DNA from: Enoplolaimus lenunculus
Taxonomy: Eukaryota
Assembly (NCBI GenBank): GCA_030248215.1
Contig: JASANG010003130.1
Coordinates: 496,001 to 538,169 of the forward strand
Reading direction: 5' to 3'
Length of the DNA: 42,169 bases
Both the position numbers and the translations under genes were made by a program. Positions 37,901 through 42,169 of the stretch are shown piece after piece (within the stretch, counting starts at the first letter, position 1; each line of letters opens with the position of its first letter). The notes below the pieces were generated by a model. That model worked only from the letters and a program-made list of their open reading frames with translations. It had not been told where the DNA came from and did no database searches.

Positions 37901-40900
37901 GTTTGTTACCCAGGCGGACGCTGCCAATTTTGATGAGTTCGCGGAACCAGCTGTTTTAGTTTGCGATCAAACATATCATGTGGAAAAATCAACTCCAATT
38001 GAAGAAATTAATCGTTCACAAGAAAAACTTTTTGAAAGCAAGGACGGTGTCCATCACGAACACGTAGAAGATCCTGTTAGCTTTGCATATAAACACGAAG
38101 AATTCCGTGGACCTGAAAGCGAAACTATATTCAAGAACGACACGATAGTGGTTCCACCCGAGAAATTTGAGCAAAATTTATTTGCAACTGAAACCGACGT
38201 TGCGAATTTTGATGAATTTGAGGAGCCAACCGTTTCTGTTTGTGATGAAACGTATCACTTGGAAGAATCATCTCCAATTGACGAATTAAATAGTTCAAAA
38301 CAACATACCAATAACAAAGACGCAGAAAATCGAGAACGCACAGCATTCTCTGAAAGCTATGCACCTGAAAGCGAAATTATGTCCGCCAACGATACGATAA
38401 TGGTTTCATTTAATAAATCAGAGAAAAATTTACTTGCGGGTCATACTGATTTTGTCGATTTTGACGAGTTCGATCATCCAGTAGCTTTAGTGTGTCATGA
38501 AACACGTCATTCGGAAAAGACCATTCCAATTGCCAAAACAGAATTACATCGTACGCAAGAAGAAATTAAAATAGAAAATACAACTGAGTTGTTCGAACAA
38601 GCCGAACCACCATTTAGTGACAAAAAAGATAATATTAAACCAATCAACGACTCAATTACGTTTTTGTCATTTGAAAAACATCAAGAAAATGAGCTAACAA
38701 ATGAACCTACCATAAAAGATATCCCGAAAACAGGAACTGCAAATAACTTTCCAGCAAACTTTGACGAGTTTGACGAGCCAGCAGTTCCTGTATTTGAAGA
38801 AATTTACCATTCAGATGCGTCAACGTTTGTTGGCGAAATGTATTCCAGTGATCAGGATCAAAACGCAAACATTAATTATGTTGCTGCTAGCCAAACGCTG
38901 GAATATAATGATCCGTCGCATCTAGAAGCTGAGGTGCAAATAAACGTTGATAGTTACGGCGAACTGGATGCACATTTTGGCAGCACATTTGAGCCAGGCG
39001 TTGAAGTCGTCGATCAAACCCCGTATACTAATGCAGCTACTGCATCACTTCCTCGCTTAGAATCCACTCAATCACCTAAACCTGAATCATTTCAAGATCA
39101 GGAAATCTGGCCAACTTCGTTGAGCCAAGCCCAGGAGTCCGATATGTCAACCAACGGAGCAGCAACATCTTCAACAACCGAGAAACACGAGATAAATCTG
39201 TTTGTTTCCCAGGCGGACGCTGCCAATTTTGATGAGTTCGTGGAACCAGCTGTTTTAGTTTGCGATCAAACATATCATGTGGAAAAATCAACTCCAATTG
39301 AAGAAATTAATCGTTCACAAGAAAAACTTTTTGAAAGCAAGGACGGTGTCCATCACAAACACGTAGAAGATCCTGTTAGCTTTGCATATAAACACGAAGA
39401 ATTCAGTGGACCTGAAAGCGAAACTATATTCAAGAACGACACGATAGTGGTTCCACCCGAGAAATTTGAGCAAAATTTATTTGCAACTCAAAACGACGTT
39501 GCGAATTTTGATGAATTTGAGGAGCCAACCATTTCTGTTTGTGATGAAACGTATCACTTGGAAGAATTATCTCCAATTGACGAATTAAATAGTTCAAAAC
39601 AACATACCAATAACAAAGACGCAGAAAATCGAGAACGCACAGCAGTCTCTGAAAGCTATGCACCTGAAAGCGAAATTATGTCCGCCAACGATACGATAAT
39701 GGTTTCATTTAATAAATCAGAGAAAAATTTACTTGCGGGTCATACTGATTTTGTCGATTTTGACGAGTTCGATCATCCGGTAGCTTTAGTGTGTCATGAA
39801 ACACGTCATTCGGAAAAGACCATTCCAATTGCCAAAACAGAATTACATCGTACGCAAGAAGAAATTAAAACAGAAAATACAACTGAGTTGTTCGAACAAG
39901 CCGAACCACCATTTAGTGACAAAAAAGATAATATTAAACGAATCAACGACTTAATTACGTTTTTGTCATTTGAAAAACATCAAGAAAATGAGCTAACAAA
40001 TGAACCTACCATAAAAGATATCCCGAAAACAGGAACTGCAAATAACTTTCCAGCAAACTTTGACGAGTTTGACGAGCCAGCAGTTCCTGTATTTGAAGAA
40101 ATTTACCATTCAGATGCGTCAACGTTTGTTGGCGAAATGTATTCCAGTGATCAGGATCAAAACGCAAACATTAATTATGTTGCTGTTAGCCAAACGCTGG
40201 AATATAATGATCCGTCGCATCTAGAAGCTGAGGTGCAAATAAACGTTGATAGTTACGGCGAACTGGATGCACATTTTGGCAGCACATTTGAGCCAGGCGT
40301 TGAAGTCGTCGATCAAACCCCGTATACTAATGCAGCTACTGCATCACTTCCTCGCTTAGAATCCACTCAATCACCTAAACCTGAATCATTTCAAGATCAG
40401 GAAATCTGGCCAACTTCGTTGAGCCAAGCCCAGGAGTCCGATATGTCAACCAACGGAGCAGCAACATCTTCAACAACCGAGAAACACGAGATAAATCTGT
40501 TTGTTTCCCAGGCGGACGCTGCCAATTTTGATGAGTTCGTGGAACCAGCTGTTTTAGTTTGCGATCAAACATATCATGTGGAAAAATCAACTCCAATTGA
40601 AGAAATTAATCGTTCACAAGAAAAACTTTTTGAAAGCAAGGACGGTGTCCATCACGAACACGTAGAAGATCCTGTTAGCTTTGCATATAAACACGAAGAA
40701 TTCAGTGGACCTGAAAGCGAAACTATATTCAAGAACGACACGATAGTGGTTCCACCCGAGAAATTTGAGCAAAATTTATTTGCAACTCAAAACGACGTTG
40801 CGAATTTTGATGAATTTGAGGAGCCAACCATTTCTGTTTGTGATGAAACGTATCACTTGGAAGAATTATCTCCAATTGACGAATTAAATAGTTCAAAACA

Positions 40901-42169
40901 ACATACCAATAACAAAGACGCAGAAAATCGAGAACGCACAGCAGTCTCTGAAAGCTATGCACCTGAAAGCGAAATTATGTCCGCCAACGATACGATAATG
41001 GTTTCATTTGATAAATCAGAGAAAAATTTACTTGCGGGTCATACTGATTTTGTCGATTTTGACGAGTTCGATCATCCAGTAGCTTTAGTGTGTGATGAAA
41101 CACGTCATTCGGAAAAGACCATTCCAATTGCCAAAACAGAATTACATTGTACGCAAGAAGAAATTAAAACGGAAAATAGAACTGAGTTGTTCGAACAAGC
41201 CGAACCATCATTTAGTGACAAAAAAGAAAATATTAAACCAATCAACGACTCAATTACGTTTTTGTCATTTGAAAAACATCAAGAAAATGAGCTAACAAAT
41301 GAACCTACCATAAAAGATATCCCGAAAACAGGAACTGCAAATAACTTTCCAGCAAACTTTGACGAGTTTGACGAGCCAGCAGTTCCTGTATTTGAAGAAA
41401 TTTACCATTCAGATGCGTCAACGTTTGTTGGCGAAATGTATTCCAGTGATCAGGATCAAAACGCAAACATTAATTATGTTGCTGTTAGCCAAACGCTGGA
41501 ATATAATGATCCGTCGCATCTAGAAGCTGAGGTGCAAATAAACGTTGATAGTTACGGCGAACTGGATGCACATTTTGGCAGCACATTTGAGCCAGGCGTT
41601 GAAGTCGTCGATCAAACCCCGTATACTAATGCAGCTACTGCATCACTTCCTCGCTTAGAATCCACTCAATCACCTAAACCTGAATCATTTCAAGATCAGG
41701 AAATCTGGCCAACTTCGTTGAGCCAAGCCCAGGAGTCCGATATGTCAACCAACGGAGCAGCAACATCTTCAACAACAGAGAAACACGAGATAAATCTGTT
41801 TGTTTCCCAGGCGGACGCTGCCAATTTTGATGAGTTCGTGGAACCAGCTGTTTTAGTTTGCGATCAAACATATCATGTGGAAAAATCAACTGCAATTGAA
41901 GAAAATAATCGTTCACAAGAAAAACTTTTTGAAAGCAAGGACGGTGTCCATCACGAACACGTAGAAGATCCTGTTAGCTTTGCATATAAACACGAAGAAT
42001 TCAGTGGACCTGAAAGCGAAACTATATTCAAGAACGACACGATAGTGGTTCCACCCGAGAAATTTGAGCAAAATTTATTTGCAACTCAAAACGACGTTAC
42101 CAATTTGGATGAAATTGTGAAGCCAACCGTGTCTGTTTGTGATGAAACCTATCACTTGGAAAAATCAGA
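19915..42169 (+). CDS. LMTK: LMTK/AATK (Lemur tyrosine kinase family)-like transmembrane kinase with giant repetitive tail; 5' exon missing, 3' end beyond window
   Basis: Phase-consistent GT-AG exons: 19915-20036 ([22 protein letters not shown] + CVCC), 21185-21464, 21884-21957 (EIGTGWFGR), 22587-22693 (AVVLK...LSE), 23033-23120, 23671-23804 (GDLKSYL...FVH), 24408-24492 ([10 protein letters not shown]...KIGDYG), 24644-24765 (IPVRWWAPD...ANVW), 25192-25341 ([17 protein letters not shown]), 25741-25930 (YEVMLHCW...RP...FDRKW), 27102-27323, 27926-28141 (alternative donor after 28108), 28453-28602, 29440-29620, 29911-30083, 31107->42169. GWFG, non-RD HxD, DYG, NVW and the post-kinase F-x-R-x-W are LMTK-family hallmarks. 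At least ~4450 codons lie in the window. Confidence 0.9.
20532..21153. mobile_element. Harbinger/PIF-like MITE remnant containing a nested element
   Basis: Imperfect TIRs cctgagtttctcgaaaccctacttaagta / tacttaagtaagatttcagaaacccagcc with repeated TACTTAAGT palindromes. The superfamily assignment is tentative. Confidence 0.5.
20725..20986. mobile_element. piggyBac-like MITE nested in the previous element
   Basis: ttaa|CCCCTTCTCACAT ... ATGTGAGAAATGG|ttta: CC termini and a near-TTAA TSD. Confidence 0.6.
26900..27136 (+). repeat. Local tandem duplication of an intron end plus exon start
   Basis: ttcaccctggtcaattttccac occurs at ~26900 and ~27006. ttacaatgtatatgtaatttcagcctaaagtaaccg(g)aagcccagtaccac occurs at ~26940 and ~27079. 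Confidence 0.85.
31107..42169 (+). CDS. Giant coding exon (>=11,063 bp, >=3,687 codons) of the LMTK-like gene
   Basis: Acceptor tttaag|GCT at 31107 is in phase with the donor at 30083. The same frame reads sensibly at the start, middle and end (...[15 protein letters not shown]), and the ORF track reports no stop-terminated ORF in this frame. Confidence 0.9.
34340..42097 (+). repeat. Coding tandem array, 1299-bp (433-aa) unit, ~6.3 copies
   Basis: The anchor caagccca.gagtc.gatatg occurs at 34350, 35652, 36528, 37827, 39126, 40425 and 41724 (spacings 1302, 876, 1299 x4). Confidence 0.97.

Noticed and set aside
33934..41916. Recurrent 66-91-aa ORFs (MHSFQRLL..., MELIFPHD..., MKHVIRK...) resembling a multicopy small-gene family
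   Set aside because: They are antisense or off-frame shadows of the 1299-bp coding repeat; their spacing equals the unit length.

Overview
This is a eukaryotic, intron-rich, AT-rich window. Degenerate and perfect TTAGGC/GCCTAA repeats, TTTCAG/TTTTAG acceptors and a MetRS without the N-terminal GST domain suggest a nematode (inference). Two divergent multi-exon genes can be spliced by hand with consistent GT-AG phases. (1) A cytosolic methionyl-tRNA synthetase lies on the minus strand (ATG at 5519, 10 clean exons down to 120) and runs off the left edge. (2) A single-pass LMTK/AATK (Lemur/Lmr)-type kinase lies on the plus strand (exons from 19915; first exon not found) and runs off the right edge. 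The kinase has an unusually large tail. It contains roughly 15 degenerate ~40-45-aa helical repeats, an NPF/NPF/DPW motif cluster, and a hierarchical acidic array with a 1299-bp/433-aa unit built from [ND]FDEF..P.V.VC..TYH sub-repeats. Most of this tail lies in one uninterrupted exon of at least 11 kb, which the ORF track misses because it has no stop codon in the window. The ~14 kb between the genes and many introns are filled with non-autonomous elements: tRNA-derived SINEs, a DINE-1/Helentron-like element with internal tandem repeats, and Merlin-, CACTG-, Tc1/mariner-, hAT-, piggyBac- and Harbinger-like MITEs, plus interstitial telomere-like arrays.
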